DNA from: Leucoraja ocellata
Lineage: Eukaryota
Assembly (NCBI GenBank): GCA_036785375.1
Contig: JAWMAR010000388.1
Coordinates: forward strand, 1-64,000
Length of the DNA stretch: 64,000 nt
Direction of reading: 5' to 3'
Made by a program: the position numbers and the translations under genes. This document shows, one piece after another, positions 1 through 13,616 of this stretch. Positions within the stretch are counted from its first letter, which is position 1; every line of letters starts with the position of its first letter. The notes under the pieces are model-generated. The model did no database searches and was not told where the DNA came from. It saw only the letters and a list, made by a program, of their open reading frames with translations.

Positions 1-1362
1 CTCAGACCATAACCCTCCATTCCCTTCCCATCCATATAACTATCCAATTTATTTTTAAATGATAAAAACGAACCTGCCTCCACCACCTTCACTGGAAGCT
101 CATTCCACACAGCTACCACTCTCTGAGTAAAGAAGTTCCCCCTCATGTTACCCCTAAACTTCAGTCCCTTAATTCTCAAGTCATGTCCTCTTGTTTGAAT
201 CTTCCCTACTCTCAGTGGGAAAAGCTTTTCCACGTCAACTCTGTCTATCCCTCTCATCATTTTAAAAACCTTTATCAAGTCCCCCCTTAAACTTCTGCGC
301 TCCAAAGAATAAAGCCCTAAGTTGTTCAACCTTTCTCTGTAACTTAGTTGCTGAAACCCAGGCAACATTCTAGTAAATCTCCTCTGTACTCTCTCTATTT
401 TGTTGACATCCTTCCTATAATTAGGCGACCAAAATTGTACACCATACTCCAGAATTGGCCTCACCAATGCCTTGTACAATTTTAACATTACATCCCAACT
501 TCTATACTCAATGCTCTGATTTATAAAGGCCAGCACACCAAAAGCTTTCTTTACCACCATATCTACATGAGATTCCACTTTCAGGGAACTGTGCACAGTT
601 ATTCCCAGATCCCTCTGTTCACCTACATTCTTCAATTCCCTACCATTTACCATGTACGTCCTATTTTGATTTGTCCTGCCAAGATGTAGCACCTCACATT
701 TATCAGCATTAAACTCCATCTGCCATCTTTCAGCCCACTCTTCCAACTGGCATAAATCTCTCTGTAGACTTTGAAACTCTACTTCATTACCCGCAACCCC
801 ACCTATCTTAGTATCATCTGCATACTTACTAATCCAATTTACCACACCATCATCCAGATCATTGATGTACATGACAAACAACAGTGGACCCAACACAGAT
901 CCCTGTGGCACCCCACTCGTCACTGGCCTCCAACCTGACAAACAACCATCCACCATTACTCTCTGGCATCTCCCATTCAGCCACTGTTGAATCCATCTTG
1001 CTACTCCACCATTAATACCCAACCATTGAACCTTCTTAACCAACCTTCCATGAGGAACCTTGTCAAAGGCCTTACTGAAGTCCATATACACAACATCCAC
1101 TGCTTTACCCTCATCAATTTCCCGAGTAACATCTTCAAATAATTCAAGAAGATTTGTCAAACATGACCTTCCAGGCACAAATCCATGTTGACTGTTCCTA
1201 ATGAGACCCTGTTTATCCAGATGCTTATATATATTATCTCTAAGTATTCTTTCCATTAATTTGCCCACCACTGACGTCAAACTAACAGGTCTATAATTGC
1301 TAGGTTTACTCGTAGACCCCTTTTTATACAATGGAACAACATGCGCAGTACGCCAATCCTCC
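1..1362 (-). mobile_element. CR1-clade LINE, RT/3' portion (runs off window start)
   Basis: Highly similar to the CR1 copy at 41781-43130. Reverse strand encodes the [16 protein letters not shown] motifs. Confidence 0.9.
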
Positions 1363-1500
1363 CGTGTTTAGCGGGGTTAGAGAGCATTAGAGGGGTTTAG
1401 ATAGGTTTAGGCGGGTTTGGACGGGTTTGGATGGGTTTAGAGAGGTTTTCACTGGTTTAGTGGGGTGGTAGAGGGGTTTAGTGGTGATTAGAGGGCGTTA
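1363..1500 (+). repeat. Degenerate ~10-bp telomere-like tandem repeat (consensus approx. AGGGGTTTAG)
   Basis: About 13 imperfect units, e.g. aggggtttag ataggtttag gcgggtttgg acgggtttgg atgggtttag. Confidence 0.75.
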
Positions 1501-2589
1501 GAAAAATAGAAACTACATTCTGTGGCATAGAATTCCAGAGATTCACCTTTCTCATCTCAGTCTAAAAGATTTCCCCTTTATCCTTAGATTGGGTTTAGAG
1601 GGGGGTCTAAAGTTGCACTACCTGCTTTTGGTCAATATCCCTCCAAACCTGTCCTATCCATGTATCAGTCAAACTTACTTAAATTTTGGGATAGTACCTG
1701 CCTCAACTACCTCCTCTGGCAGCTTGTTCCATACACCCACCACCCTTAAAATGTTACCTCTTAAAAATACTTCAAACAAAAAACATTTAAATCATACTTC
1801 TATAATGCACTAAAAGATGATTTTAATACAACAAATTTCAAAAAGTCCCTACCCCCCTCCCACACCCGCCCCCCACTCGGTTGTTCCACTCCCTCGCCGC
1901 CTACCCCCAAGGACAGCGACTCAGCCCCCCTACTTACAAAAACACTCCACGGCCCCTGAAACCTCAGACGGAGAGCACCACCAGATGTGAGCGGGGAACT
2001 GAGGCCAGTTGTCCGTGATGCCTTAACCCCAATCCTCAGCGATTTGTGTTTCGGAGTTGGCTAATGTTATTGATTTGTAATTAGCCTGATTTGTAATTAG
2101 TTGAAAAAACCTTGATTTATTAATCCGGAATATCCAGGGGGATGGGATAAGTGTAATATTAAAAGGAGATACAAGGTGTCAGACTGTCTGTCATAACATA
2201 CAGCCCCGATAACCCATTATTTCCTTCAGTTAAATATTGGGAAGGTAGCACTATTGTAATTTGCCACTCAACTATTATGTTCGTTTACCTCACTGACTAT
2301 TTCTAAACCCCACACCCCCACCCCAAATTCCTTGAACAGGTTGAATAAATCTTGTTGTTTTATTAATTGAACATGTAGATGAACATCCTCAAGGAGTGTA
2401 ATCAGATGGAAACTGATTCAGATGCGATTGGAGGAAGCTGGCCAGGAATATAAAGAGAAGTTAGGGATAGAATAAAACTAAAAGAAAAGATGTATAACAG
2501 AGCAAAGAGTAGCGGGAAGCCAGAGGATTGGTTAGATGAGGTTGGAGGAGGTGCAGATGAACCTCAACTGTTTAAGAAGGAACAGCGCA

Positions 2590-3057
2590 ACTCCCTTGTC
2601 AATTCTTCCCCTCTTCCCGCTCCGCCCCTTCCCCGGGCACTTTCCCTTGCAACCGCAAGAGATGCTACACCTGTCGCTTTACCTCCCCCCTCGACTCCAT
2701 TCAAGGACCAAAGCAGTCGTGCGACAGAGGTTCACCTGCACCTCCTCCAACCTCATCTATTGCATCCGCTGCTCTAGATGGCAGCTGATCTATATCGGTG
2801 AGACCAAGCGCAGGTTGGGCGATCGTTTCGCCGAACACCTCTGCTCAGTCCGCAAGAACCAACCTGACCTCCCGGTAGCTCAGCACTTCAACTCCCCCTC
2901 CCATTCCCAATCCGACCTCTCTGTCCTGGGCCTCCTCCACGGCCAGAGCGAGCAACACTGGAAATTGGAGGAACAGCACCGCATATTCCGCTTGGGGAGT
3001 CTGCATCCTGGGGGCATGAACATTGAATTCTCACAATTCTGTTAACCCTTGCTGTCT
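2590..3057 (+). mobile_element. Penelope-like element 3' part (GIY-YIG endonuclease); continues at 4304-4510
   Basis: ORF 2536..3045: FTCTSSNLIYCIRC...IYIGETKRRLGDRFAEHL...HFNSPSH. Resumes after the 3058-4303 insertion. Confidence 0.9.
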
Positions 3058-4303
3058 CAGGGATCGAAATTCACGGTTGCCCGGGTGCCAATGACCACTC
3101 AAACTGCCGCCGGGCAACCTAAATGGCGAGTCATTTTGCCCGGCTTGATTTATACCGAAGATAGACATACAAAAACAGGAGTAACTCCGCGGGTCCAGCA
3201 GCATCTCTGGAGAAAAGGAACGTGACGTTTTGTGTCGGCGCTGGTTGTGGGAAAGATGCTAAGTGTGGCGTGACGGAGGGTCGGAGCTAAAGACGGGCAG
3301 CGGCGACGGCTCCATCTCCTCACCGCACCCCGCCCGGCCCGGCGTGTTAGCGGCAGCTGCTGCCAATCCGCCAACGGCGCTTTCAAAACAGACCCTCGGA
3401 GGAGGTGTCGGTCAGAGGTGGAAGTAGAGTAGGGGGAGGGGGGTGATTGGAGGAGGGAGACGAACCAAAACACTCTCGGCAGACCTGCACTGCAGCCAGG
3501 ATCGATCCCGGTCTCCGGCGCTGCAATCGCTGCCGAACCGCCACTGGACCATCCCCGCCCCCGCCCGAGAGCCTCCTCATGCCCGGGGGTGGCCAGGGGC
3601 GTCGGGAGTCAGAGGGGCTCGGCGCCCCCAGGCCCACAGCCGGCGCAGAGAATCAGCTCTAAACCCAGCTCACTCTGCCTGTCCCGCCAGGTTAACCAGC
3701 AGCAATGTGTGGATTGAGACGGGGCTGTAGGCGGGACAGGCAGCTGAGCTGCATTTAGCGCTGGATTGAGCTGAAATTTCAGTTCACAGAAGCCTCCAAA
3801 TCCTCGCGTATGAGTGTGCGCATGAGTGAGAGTGTTTCTGTACCAATAGCAATAACGACCCATGCTATGGCCATGTCATGATAATGTTTGGTCCTTCACA
3901 GAAAACATGCTTGTAGTGTGCATGGTTAAGCATATATGTTATCAAGGTCCAGGATTTATTGACATAGGTTGATCATACGCTGAATAATCCAACCACATTT
4001 TTGTTTGGAAGTGGAAAGAAATAATAAAAATTGCATTAATTGCAATGTGTAAAAAGAGTTGAGATACCGTATTATAATTTTGCTGCATATCATGTCTTGA
4101 TTGGTGAATATGTTAGTTTGTGACTTTATTTGAAGCAGAAATAATATGTGAATGCATAATTCCGACTGGTAACTGCGCACTTCGTCCGAGCACGCTTCAT
4201 GCAAGCCATCTTAAATGACTACCTAAAATGTCATTTGGCAACCTAAAAAGCTGCCGAGGTTGACCGGCTGGCAACAGGGAAAAAAAGTTAAGCGAGAGCC
4301 CTG
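3058..4303. mobile_element. Non-autonomous DNA transposon (hAT-like termini CAGGG...CCCTG) with 5-bp TSD TGTCT
   Basis: TGTCT at 3053-3057 and 4304-4308. Imperfect TIR CAGGGATCGAAATTCAC vs CAGGGCTCTCGCTTAAC; subterminal GGCAAC/GTTGCC motifs. Splits a Penelope copy cleanly. Confidence 0.8.
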
Positions 4304-4510
4304 TGTCTCCTCCCCTTCCTACCTCCGCCTTTGGGCTCCTCCTCCTTTTTCCTTTCTTCTCACCGCCTCCTCCCCACCCCCTATCAGTCTGAAGAAGGGA
4401 TTCGGCCTGAAACGTTGCCTATTTCCTTCGCTCCATAGATGCTGCTGCACCCGCTGAGTTTCTCCAGCATTTTTGTGTACCTTCGATTTTCCAGCATCTG
4501 CAGTTCCTTC
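4304..4510 (+). mobile_element. Penelope terminal repeat with hammerhead-like core
   Basis: CTGAAGA-AGGGATTCGGCCT-GAAA-CGTT at 4389-4416, followed by the gatgctgc...ctgagt..ctccagca block that recurs in Penelope termini throughout the window. Confidence 0.75.
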
Positions 4511-4514
4511 TTAA

Positions 4515-5210
4515 GCAATTTTCCTCCGAGCTGTTACTTTGCCCCTTCCTCGCGGCCTACCTCGGGCTGGAGCTGCGTTTCCCGTCGGTACCGGCTGGGA
4601 CTGCAGCTTCGGCGGTGGCACAGCGCTGGGACACCAACACGGAGCGGGTGATGCCCTACCCGGGTCGCCGTGCGGTAAGCTCCGGAGTGCGGTCACCGCC
4701 AACTAACATCCGAGGAGCTGTGGCTGCGGGTGTCCGGCCGCGGGCGGTGCTGGATTTGGAGCACCGTGGAGCCTGGGATCCGAGATCGCCAGAGTCGAAG
4801 CTCCAGTCAGCGCGGCCTGAGGACTTCGGGAGCCGCGGTCTCCAGGGAGGAAGTGGCCGCTCCTGACATTTCCAAGACGCTGAGGAGTGTTCACCTGACG
4901 CCGGAGTTCCAGCTTCCCGGCAAGAGGGCCTGAAAACATCGGACTGGCTGCGGAGGCCACAAATGGGCCCCGACCTCGAGTGATTCACAGAGGAAGACTT
5001 AACTTTCTGGTGCCTTTCCCCACAGTGGACATTTTTGATTCTGTTTTGGGGGGGACGTTCTTGTTGAATTCTATAATGTGTTGTGTCATTTTTCTCTTTT
5101 TTAATTTTTCTATAGATGTACGGAAACTTTATTGTTTCTTTTGTGTAAAGCACTTTAGTTTCAACGCGAGTTGATTTAAACGTGCTATATAAATAACATT
5201 TACTTACTTA
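4515..5210 (+). mobile_element. GC-rich non-coding retroposon with L2-type 3' tail
   Basis: GC-rich body, T-rich stretch, then gtaaagcacttt...gtgctatataaataacatttacttactta, resembling the 3' end of the L2 at 61436. Confidence 0.55.
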
Positions 5211-5234
5211 ATTACAAGGAAACTATGTGTATCA

Positions 5235-7940
5235 TTAAGATCCTCTCTCATCCTTCTAAATTCCAGAGTATACAACCCAGCCGCTCCATTCTCTCAGCAT
5301 ATGACAGACCGCCATCCCGGGAATTAACCTTGTAAACCTACGCTGCATTCCCTCAATAGCAAGAATGTCCTTCATCAAATTAGGGGACCAAAACTGTGCA
5401 CAATACTCCAGGTGTGGTCTCACCAGGGCCCTGTACAACTGCAGAAGGACTACTTTGCTCCTATACTCAACTCTTCTTGTTATGAAGGCCATGCAAACCT
5501 CTTCTCTCGAGCTTGGCAGTCTGAATCTAGTGCCATAGCTATTCATAACTGTGATCAAACTGAATCAGGTTTTGACGGTATGATGTGGGAATTGGCTGGG
5601 ATAAACTGGCAAATGTACTTAAAGGCTTAATGATAGATATGCAATGGCAAACATTCAAAGTTCCTATGGATGATTTACACCAATTGTTCACCCCTGTCTG
5701 GTGTAAAAATAAAACAGGGAAGGCGGCTCAACCGTGGCAAATGATGGAAATTTGGGAATGTTAAATCCAGGCATATAAATTGTCCAGATAAAGCAGCAAA
5801 CCGGTGGACTGGGGGACATTTAAAATGTAACAGGAGGATAAGGCATTGGTGAGGCCAATTCTGGAGTATGGGGTACAATTTTGGTCGACTAATTATAGGA
5901 AGGATGTCAACAAAATAGAGAGAGTACAAAGGAGATTTACTAGAATGTTGCCTGGGTTTCAGCAACTAAGTTACAGAGAAAGGATGAACAAGTTAGGGCT
6001 TTATTCTTTGGAGCACAGAAGGTTAAGGGGGGATTTGATAGAGGTCTTTAAAATGATGAGAGGGATAGACAGAGTTGACGTGGATAAGCTTTTCCCACTG
6101 AGAGGAGGGAAGATGCAAACAAGGGGACATGACTTGAGAATTAAGGGACAGAAGTTTAGGGGTAACATGAGGGGGAACTTCTTTACTCAGAGAGTGGTGG
6201 CTGTGTGGAATGAGCTTCCAGTGAAGGTGGTGGAGGCAGGTTCGTTTTATCATTTAAAAGTAAATTGGATAGTTATATGGATGAGAAAGGAATGGAGGGT
6301 TATGGTCTGAGCGCAGGTATATGGGACTAGGGAAGAATACGTGTTTGGCACGGACTAGAAGGGTCGAGATGGCCTGTTTCAGTGGCGGTAATTGTTATAT
6401 GGTTATATGATAAAGGGATTAATGAAGTGGGGTAAATGGAGCATGAAAGGAAACTTGCGGGGATAATATTAGTGAAGACAAATATAGGCCCCTTACAGTC
6501 AGAAACAGGTTAATTTATAATGGTGACCAAGAAATTGGCAGATCAGTTAAACAAATACTTTGGTTCTGTCTTCACTAAGGAAGACACAAACAGTCTCCCA
6601 GAAATACAAGGGGACCGAGGATCTAGTGGGAGGGAGGAAGTGAAGGGAATCCACATGATTCAGGAAATGTTGTTGGGTAAACTGTTGGGACAGAAGACAT
6701 GTAAATCCCCAGGGCCTGATGGTCTGCATCCGAAACAACACAAGGAGGTGACCCTTGAAATTGCAGATGTATTGGTGATCATTTTCCAATGTTGACTCAT
6801 TTTCTAGAATTTTTTGAGTATGTAAGAGGGAAAATGGATAAGGGAGAGCCTGTGGATGTGGTGCATCTGGACTTTCAAAAGGCCTTTGAAAAGAGAACTG
6901 GCTGGCAGACAGGAAGCAAAGAGTAGGAATTAACGGGCCCGTTGTAGAATGTCAGGCCGTGACATGTGGGGTGCCCACATGGTTCAATGCTAGGATTTTC
7001 AATATAGATTAATGATTTAGACAAAATAATTAAATTTCGCATCTCCAAGTTTGCGGATGTCACCGAACTGGGTGGTAGTGTGAGCTGTGAGGAGGATTAT
7101 TTAAGGCTACAGGGTGAGTTAGATAGGTTGGGTGAGTGGGCAGATGCACGGCAGATGCAGTATAATGTGGATAAATGTGATGTCATCCACTTTGGTGGCA
7201 AGGACAAGAAGGCAGATTATTATCTGAATGGTGTCAGATTAAGAAAAGGGGAGGTGCAACGAGACTTGTGTGTCCTTGTACAATTGTCACTGAAAGTAAG
7301 CATACATGTTAGGCAGGCAGTGAAGAAAGCAACTGGCAAGTTGTCCTTCATAGCGAGAGGATTTGAGTATAGGAGCAAGGAGGTCCAACTGCAGTTGTAC
7401 AGGGCACTGGTGAGAACACACCTGAGCATCATGTGCAGTTTTGGACCCTAATTTGCGGAAGGACATTCTTGTCATTGAATGAGTACAGCGTAGGTTCACA
7501 GGGTTAATTCCCGGGATGTCTGGACCGACATATGATGAAAGAATGGAGCGACTGGGCTTAAATGAAGGGATTAAGAAGGATGAGAGGAGATCTTATAGAA
7601 ACATATACGATTCTTAAGGGTTTGGACAGGCTGGATGCGGGAAGAATGTTCCTGATGTTGGGGGAGTTCAGACATATGGGGCACGGTTTAAGAATAAGGG
7701 CTAGGTCATTTAGTGTTGAGATGAGGAAAACTTGAGTTGTGAATTTGTGGAATTCTCTGTCTCAGAAGGCAGTGGAGGCCAATTCACTGGATGTTTCCAA
7801 GAGAGAGCTATATATACTGCTTGGGGCTAACGGAATCAAGGGATATGGGGAGAAAGCAGGAAATGGGTAATGATTTTGGATGATCATATTGAATGGGTGC
7901 CGAACGGCTTCCTCCTGCACCTATTTTCTATGTTTCTATA
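5235..7940. mobile_element. Cluster of CR1 fragments (minus 5235-5490; plus 5640-7940, with a second CR1 3' end nested at ~5840-6410)
   Basis: ORFs 5256..5558, 5846..6310, 6520..6795 and 7080..7451 encode CR1 ORF2 motifs ([23 protein letters not shown]). Confidence 0.88.
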
Positions 7941-7944
7941 TTTT

Positions 7945-8350
7945 ACTAATGTGTTCTAAGTAACCTGCGAACCCTGGTATACCTACTTTCTGCACTGTGG
8001 TATCAATTAACCTGTTCCTTTCTAAATAACTTGCTAGCCTCTGTGCCACTATGCAAAAGAAAATCTTGCCTTCTACATTTAGGAGACAAATAGCCTAAAC
8101 TGATTTAACTCTGGAGACTCTTTCTTCTTGGGAATGAACATTCCCCCTGCTCTACGCCAAACCCTTGGTATGACCAGCTTCTACCAAACTATTGGCCGGA
8201 GCCTCCGCGGGAATCTTAGCACATCAGGTGCACTTTTATGTACCCGGTAAGGGCTCTATTTGGTCCCGGGGTGAAGAAGCCTATTCCTGCCATATTACTG
8301 CTCCCACTGCCTTCCACTTTTGTGGCAAAATATCTAACTCTAGGTCTCCT
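7945..8350 (-). mobile_element. Degenerate Hero-like (RLE-type) non-LTR retrotransposon RT fragment
   Basis: Minus translation with frameshifts gives SSPGP..PYRVHK...VWRRAG.MFIPKKKES.ELNQFR..CLLNVEGKIFF.IVAQRLASYLERNRLIDTTVQKVGIPGFAGYLEH, homologous to the 51.4-55.3 kb element. Confidence 0.7.
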
Positions 8351-9199
8351 AAGGTGGTAACTGGAGGGAAACACTGGCCCGATATTGGGGCCCATGACGC
8401 CAGGCCCACTCAGTATTTAAACAACGTAAGGTCCGAAAACACAAGGCTCATTCAGTGTTGGTGTTGCATGATGCCACAGAAACTAGGCCCAATCTCTATT
8501 CAATGTACTCTGGGCCCAATCACTTTAGTCGCGGTTACCCTGATAGTGCACTGAATGGGCCAAATGCAATCAGCTGAGAGTAGTCCAGGATACCCAACTA
8601 GTGGGATGAGTGGCTTTGTGGCTCCGTGTGGCCTATTCTTAATTTGGGGGCTGATACTACCTCACTCACCCACCGTCAAAGGCCCAACCAATGTCTAAGT
8701 GAAAGCTGCCCAAGATGGGTAACAGGCAAATCAATCTGAACTCATTTACTATCCGTTGGAGTAATGTGATCCCAGCTAACTCTAGATGCTGGTGATTAAT
8801 TCTTAATGTCTATCATTGTCTCATCTTGCCCGTTCTAGACTCCATGCCCAGAATCATACCCATGTACTTTGCTGATCTCTGTGCCAGTGTCAGCTGTATC
8901 AAGTGTACTCTCATTGCTTTGAAACATTTTTTGGAATATTCGACAGTAATATCAGAAGGCATTGTGACCCCGCAAAAATGGACAATTTCAGCGGGTTTTA
9001 ACGGGCCCGCTACGCTGGAAACAATGGTTAGTGCCTATCTGCAGTTCATCGCTTGTACTCCAGTTTGAGTGGTGTAGCAACAGTACGGGTCATGGGTCGT
9101 GACCCGACTGCCGTGAAACCTCCCTATACATGACCTTAACGTCATCGGACACCCAAGCGCGCAATGGTCGCATAATCGAAGTCACTCCTGTCCCTTCAC

Positions 9200-11733
9200 C
9201 GACACCTCGCCCCCGCTTCCTCTGAGAAATCACCTTCCGTAATCTAAAATCCATCGATCCCCACCATCTCTCTGACCTGCTCTCCACCACTCTCCCCCTG
9301 GATTCAACCCATATCTCACCTGATGATCTCACAAACCATCTCAACTCCACCTTGTCTACCTCCCTAAACATTCTGGCCCCCCTCAAAACAAGAACCGTAA
9401 CTTTTAACACATCTTCACCCTGGTACACACCTGCACTTCGTAAGCTGAAACAGACTGGTCACCGACTTGAACGACTCACAAATAAATCATCTCTCACAGT
9501 CCACATGAAGCTTACAAACTCCACCTCACTGCCTACAAAGATGCCCTTATTGCTGCAAAATCTGGCAATAACCATATAACCATATAACAATTACAGCACG
9601 GAAACAGGCCATCTCGGCCCTACAAGTCCATGCCGACCAAATTTTTTTCCCCTTAGTCCCACCTGCCTGCACTCGTACCATAACCCTCCATTCCCTTCTC
9701 ATCCATATGCCTATCCAATTTATTGTTAAATGATACCAATGAACCTGCCTCCACCACTTCCACTGGGAGCTCATTCCACACCGCCACCACTCTCTGCAAT
9801 CTCTCCTCCATATTCACCGACCCCTGCCTAAACCATAGAACCCTCTTCTCCACAGTGGACAACCTCCTCAAGCCTCGAACCAACACTCTCCCTACCTCTA
9901 CTCCGGATCTCTGCAATTCATTCCTCAACTTTTTCCCTGATAAAATCAGCACCATCTATCAATCTTTATCCCTTGTACCCGACTCCCCAGCATCTACTCC
10001 ACCACCTACCAAGGCCCCTCCATTCAACACTGACTTCCTTACCCCTCCTCCACACTGCTTCCTCTCCCAGTTTGACCTGGTCACCCCTACTGAAATCTCC
10101 AAACTCATCAGCTCTTCCAAACCCACTACCTGCTCCCTCGACCCTTTCCCCACTCCCCTGTTGAAGGCCTGCCTCCCCGTTCTCTGCTCCTACCTCACTA
10201 ATCTCTTCAACTCCTCATTGTCCCAAGGAATTGTCCCCTCCACTTTCAAATCTGCTGCTGTCACACCAATCTTAAAGAAACCTGGTCTTGATCCTTCCTC
10301 TCTCATTAACTACCACCCAATCTCAAACCTCCCCTTTCTTTCAAAAACCCTGGAGCATATCGTTGCGTCACAACTTCATTCCCACCTCCTTGCGTATAAC
10401 CTATTCGAACCCCTCCAATCTGGCTTTCGCTCCCTCCATAGCACAGAAACTGCTCTCCTCAAAGTCCTCAACGACCTCCTCACCTCTGCTGACACTGGTT
10501 CCCTCAACATCCTCATCCTCCTCAACCTGAGTGCAGCCTTCGATACAGTGAACCATAACATCCTGCTTACCAGACTTGGGGACCTTGGCATTGAAGGTTC
10601 TGCACTCAGCTGGCTCTGTTCCTACCTTTCCAACAGATCCCACTTCATCTCTCTCCATAACCACACCTCTGCTACAGCCACAGTCACTCAAGGCGTTCCC
10701 CAAGGCTCCGTACTCGGCCTCCTCCTCTTCATCATCTACATCCTCACCCTTGGTCAGATACTCCGCCACTTCAAGCTGGACTTCCACTGTTACGCCGATG
10801 ACACCCAAATCTACCTCGGCACCAAATACACCCACAACCCCCCCCCCCCCCCCCCCCTCCCATATCAACTCCTGTTTGTCAGCTATAAAAACCTGGATGC
10901 AACATAACTTCCTCAAACTCAACAGCGATAAAACAGAATTCCTCCTCATAGGCTCCAAATCCACACTCAGCAAAATCAATAACCCCACTCTCACCATCGA
11001 CGGCACCACTGTCTCCCCATCTCCCCAGGCCCGCAACCTTGGCGTGATCTTTGATTCCACCCTCTCCCTTGAGCCTCACATCCGCCATGTCATTAAAACC
11101 TCCTTCTTTCACCTCCGCAACATCGCCAAAATCAGACCCCCTCTCACACCTCCTGCTGTTGAAAGACTCATCCATGCCTTCATCTCCTCCCGACTGGACT
11201 ACTGTAACTCACTTCTCCTTGGCATCAGCTCCACCTACATCAACCGACTCCAACTGGTCCAGAACGCTGCCGCCCGACTCATCACCCACACCAAATCCGG
11301 GCATCACATCACTCCAGTCCTCAAACAACTTCACTGGCTTCCCATCTCCCACAGGATCACCTACAAAATCCTGGTCCTCACCTACAAAGCCCTCCACCAT
11401 CTGGCCCCCCCCATATCTCACTGACCTCCTCTCCACCTACCAACCCTCACGGTCCCTCAGATCCACATCAGCCAGTCTCCTTTCCATCCACAAATCCAAC
11501 CTCCGCAGTTTTGGGGACAGAGCCTTCTCCAGGGCAGCTCCCAGGCTCTGGAACTCCCTCCCCCAACTGATCCGCAATTCTGTGTCCCTCACCATCTTCC
11601 AGTCCCGCCTCAAGACCCATCTCTTCACCTCTGCCTATACTTAGCCCCACGTCCCCCTCCCTTTTCATCTGTGCTTGAATTGCCTCATATTGTGTTTTGA
11701 ATTGAATTCTGTCTTTAATTTGTGTACTAGTCA
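9200..11733 (+). mobile_element. L2-clade LINE ORF2 (RT), interrupted by a CR1 3' end at ~9568-9795; its 3' tail reappears at ~12500-12630
   Basis: ORFs 9723..10907, 10576..11424 and 11051..11644: [44 protein letters not shown]. Frameshift at poly-C 10838-10857; (ATT)n tail near 12615. Confidence 0.92.
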
Positions 11734-11734
11734 T

Positions 11735-12400
11735 AACCATATAACATATAACCATATAACAATTACAGCACGGAAACAGGCCATCTCGGCCCTACAAGTC
11801 CATGCCGAACAAATTTTTTTCCCCTTAGTCCCACCTGCCTGCAGTCGTACCATAACCCTCCATTCCCTTCTCATCCATATGCCTATCCAATTTATTTTTA
11901 AATGATACCAATGAACCTGCCTCCACCACTTCCACTGGGAGCTCATTCCACACCGCCACCACTCTCTGCGTAAAGAAGTTCCCCCTCATATTACCCCTAA
12001 ACTTCTGTCCCTTAATTCTGAAGTCATGTCCTCTTGTTTGAATCTTCCCTATTCTCAAAAGGAAAAGCTTGTCCACATCAACTCTGTCTATCCCTCTCAT
12101 CATTTTAAAGACTTCTATCAGGTCCCCCCTTAACCTTCTGCGCTCCAGATAATAAAGACCTAACTTATTCAACCTATCTCTGTAACTTAGTTGTTGAAAC
12201 CCAGGCAACATTCTAGTAAATCTCCTCTGTACTCTCTCTATTTTGTTGACATCCTTCCTATAATTTGGCGACCAAAATTGTACACCATACTCCAGATTTG
12301 GTCTCACCAATGCCTTGTACAATTTTAACATTACATCCCAGCTTCTATACTCAATGCTCTGATTTATAAAGGCCAGCACACCAAAAGCTTTCTTTCTTTA
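11735..12400 (-). mobile_element. CR1 LINE 3' end with (TATATGGT)n-type tail
   Basis: ORF 11825..12379 is the CR1 ORF2 C-terminus; aaccatat repeats at 11735-11760. Confidence 0.92.
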
Positions 12401-12772
12401 CCACCCTACTATTCTGGGGGAGGTAGTTCCAGAGCCTGGGAGCTGCCCTGGAGAAGGCTCTGTCCCCAAAACTGCGGAGGTTGGATTTGTGGATGGAAAG
12501 GATAGTAAATGTCTCTACTATTTACTTCATTCCGCTTACATGTTTTTCCTCTACTTGCTAAATTTTTGTAAGATGTCCTTGAGACTCTTGAAAGGCCCCC
12601 ATAAATAAAATTTATTATTATTATTATTACTACTCGCCAGTGACGATCTGAGAAAAAATATATTGAGGGAAATGGTGGAACGCGAAGAAATACGAGTGCG
12701 CATTTATCGTAAGGTGCTGGTTCCTTCGTGAAATGAATATAGCAAACCAGGTTAGGCTTTTGTAGTTCAGCT

Positions 12773-12778
12773 TTTATT
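12773..12778 (-). terminator. Candidate membrane-form polyadenylation signal
   Basis: AATAAA on the minus strand about 840 nt after the TM2 stop. An alternative lies at 13014-13019; sequence alone cannot choose between them. Confidence 0.4.
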
Positions 12779-13616
12779 TGTGATTTAACAGAAACACATT
12801 ACAGAGACCTTTTTAAAAGCATAACACAAAGTGATCAACACAACTGAATTCCACACTGAGACCAGGTACATTGAACATGTGGCTCGAGAGTCAAAGGTTA
12901 GCTCTGAATTAAGGAAAGGACAATTGAGCAGAAAAGGAGTAAATAGATATTTGCTGATATGTGCACACGCGTTGGATTGTTGGGTATGTATTTACACATG
13001 CATTTACATGACATTTATTTACAGGCCTTCGGTTAGGCCGCACTTGGAGGTCAGGTCGTCCCTTCAAGGGGATAATGTGGAGGCTTTGGAGAAGATGCAG
13101 AAGAGGTTTACTAGAATGCTGCAGCCCGGGTTAGAATTATTAGCTAGAAGAGGCAAACATGGATTGTTTTCTTTGGCGCATCGGAGGTGGAAGTGGGACA
13201 CGGTAGAAGTTGTTAGAATAATGACAGGCATAGATAATGTCTGAATTTAACATGAAGATTACGATCTCACACAAACAGCGTTCCCGACTTTCTATACAAC
13301 GGCATTCAACACCGGAAGGACACAAATATGGCCCATGCTAAAGAAAAAGAGAATGTATAGGAAAAAAAGATAAAAAGAAAAGAAACGTCTACCGTTTGAG
13401 AAAATTGACTTATTTTCACATGATATTCAAATTACGATTAAAATATTTTGATACATTAACGCTATACGAAAGGCAACTAGGCAATATCAAACAAGTCAGA
13501 TAGACAGAATGAACTATTGTTTATGACATTGTCCGCTTCTGATTTGAACATTTCCCTTGGTTACAACGACGTCCATAGACCGGTCAGATAAATACGCGGT
13601 TTTCAACATTCAATCG

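Noticed and set aside
3058-4303. RAG/Transib-like transposon because of the 5-bp TSD near an Ig locus
   Set aside because: Termini are CAGGG, not CAC/RSS-like, there is no nonamer, and there is no transposase or RAG-like ORF.
3150-5174. Many overlapping GC-rich ORFs (also 53736-54652)
   Set aside because: Stop-poor frames expected in GC-rich repeat interiors; no domain motifs or splice structure.
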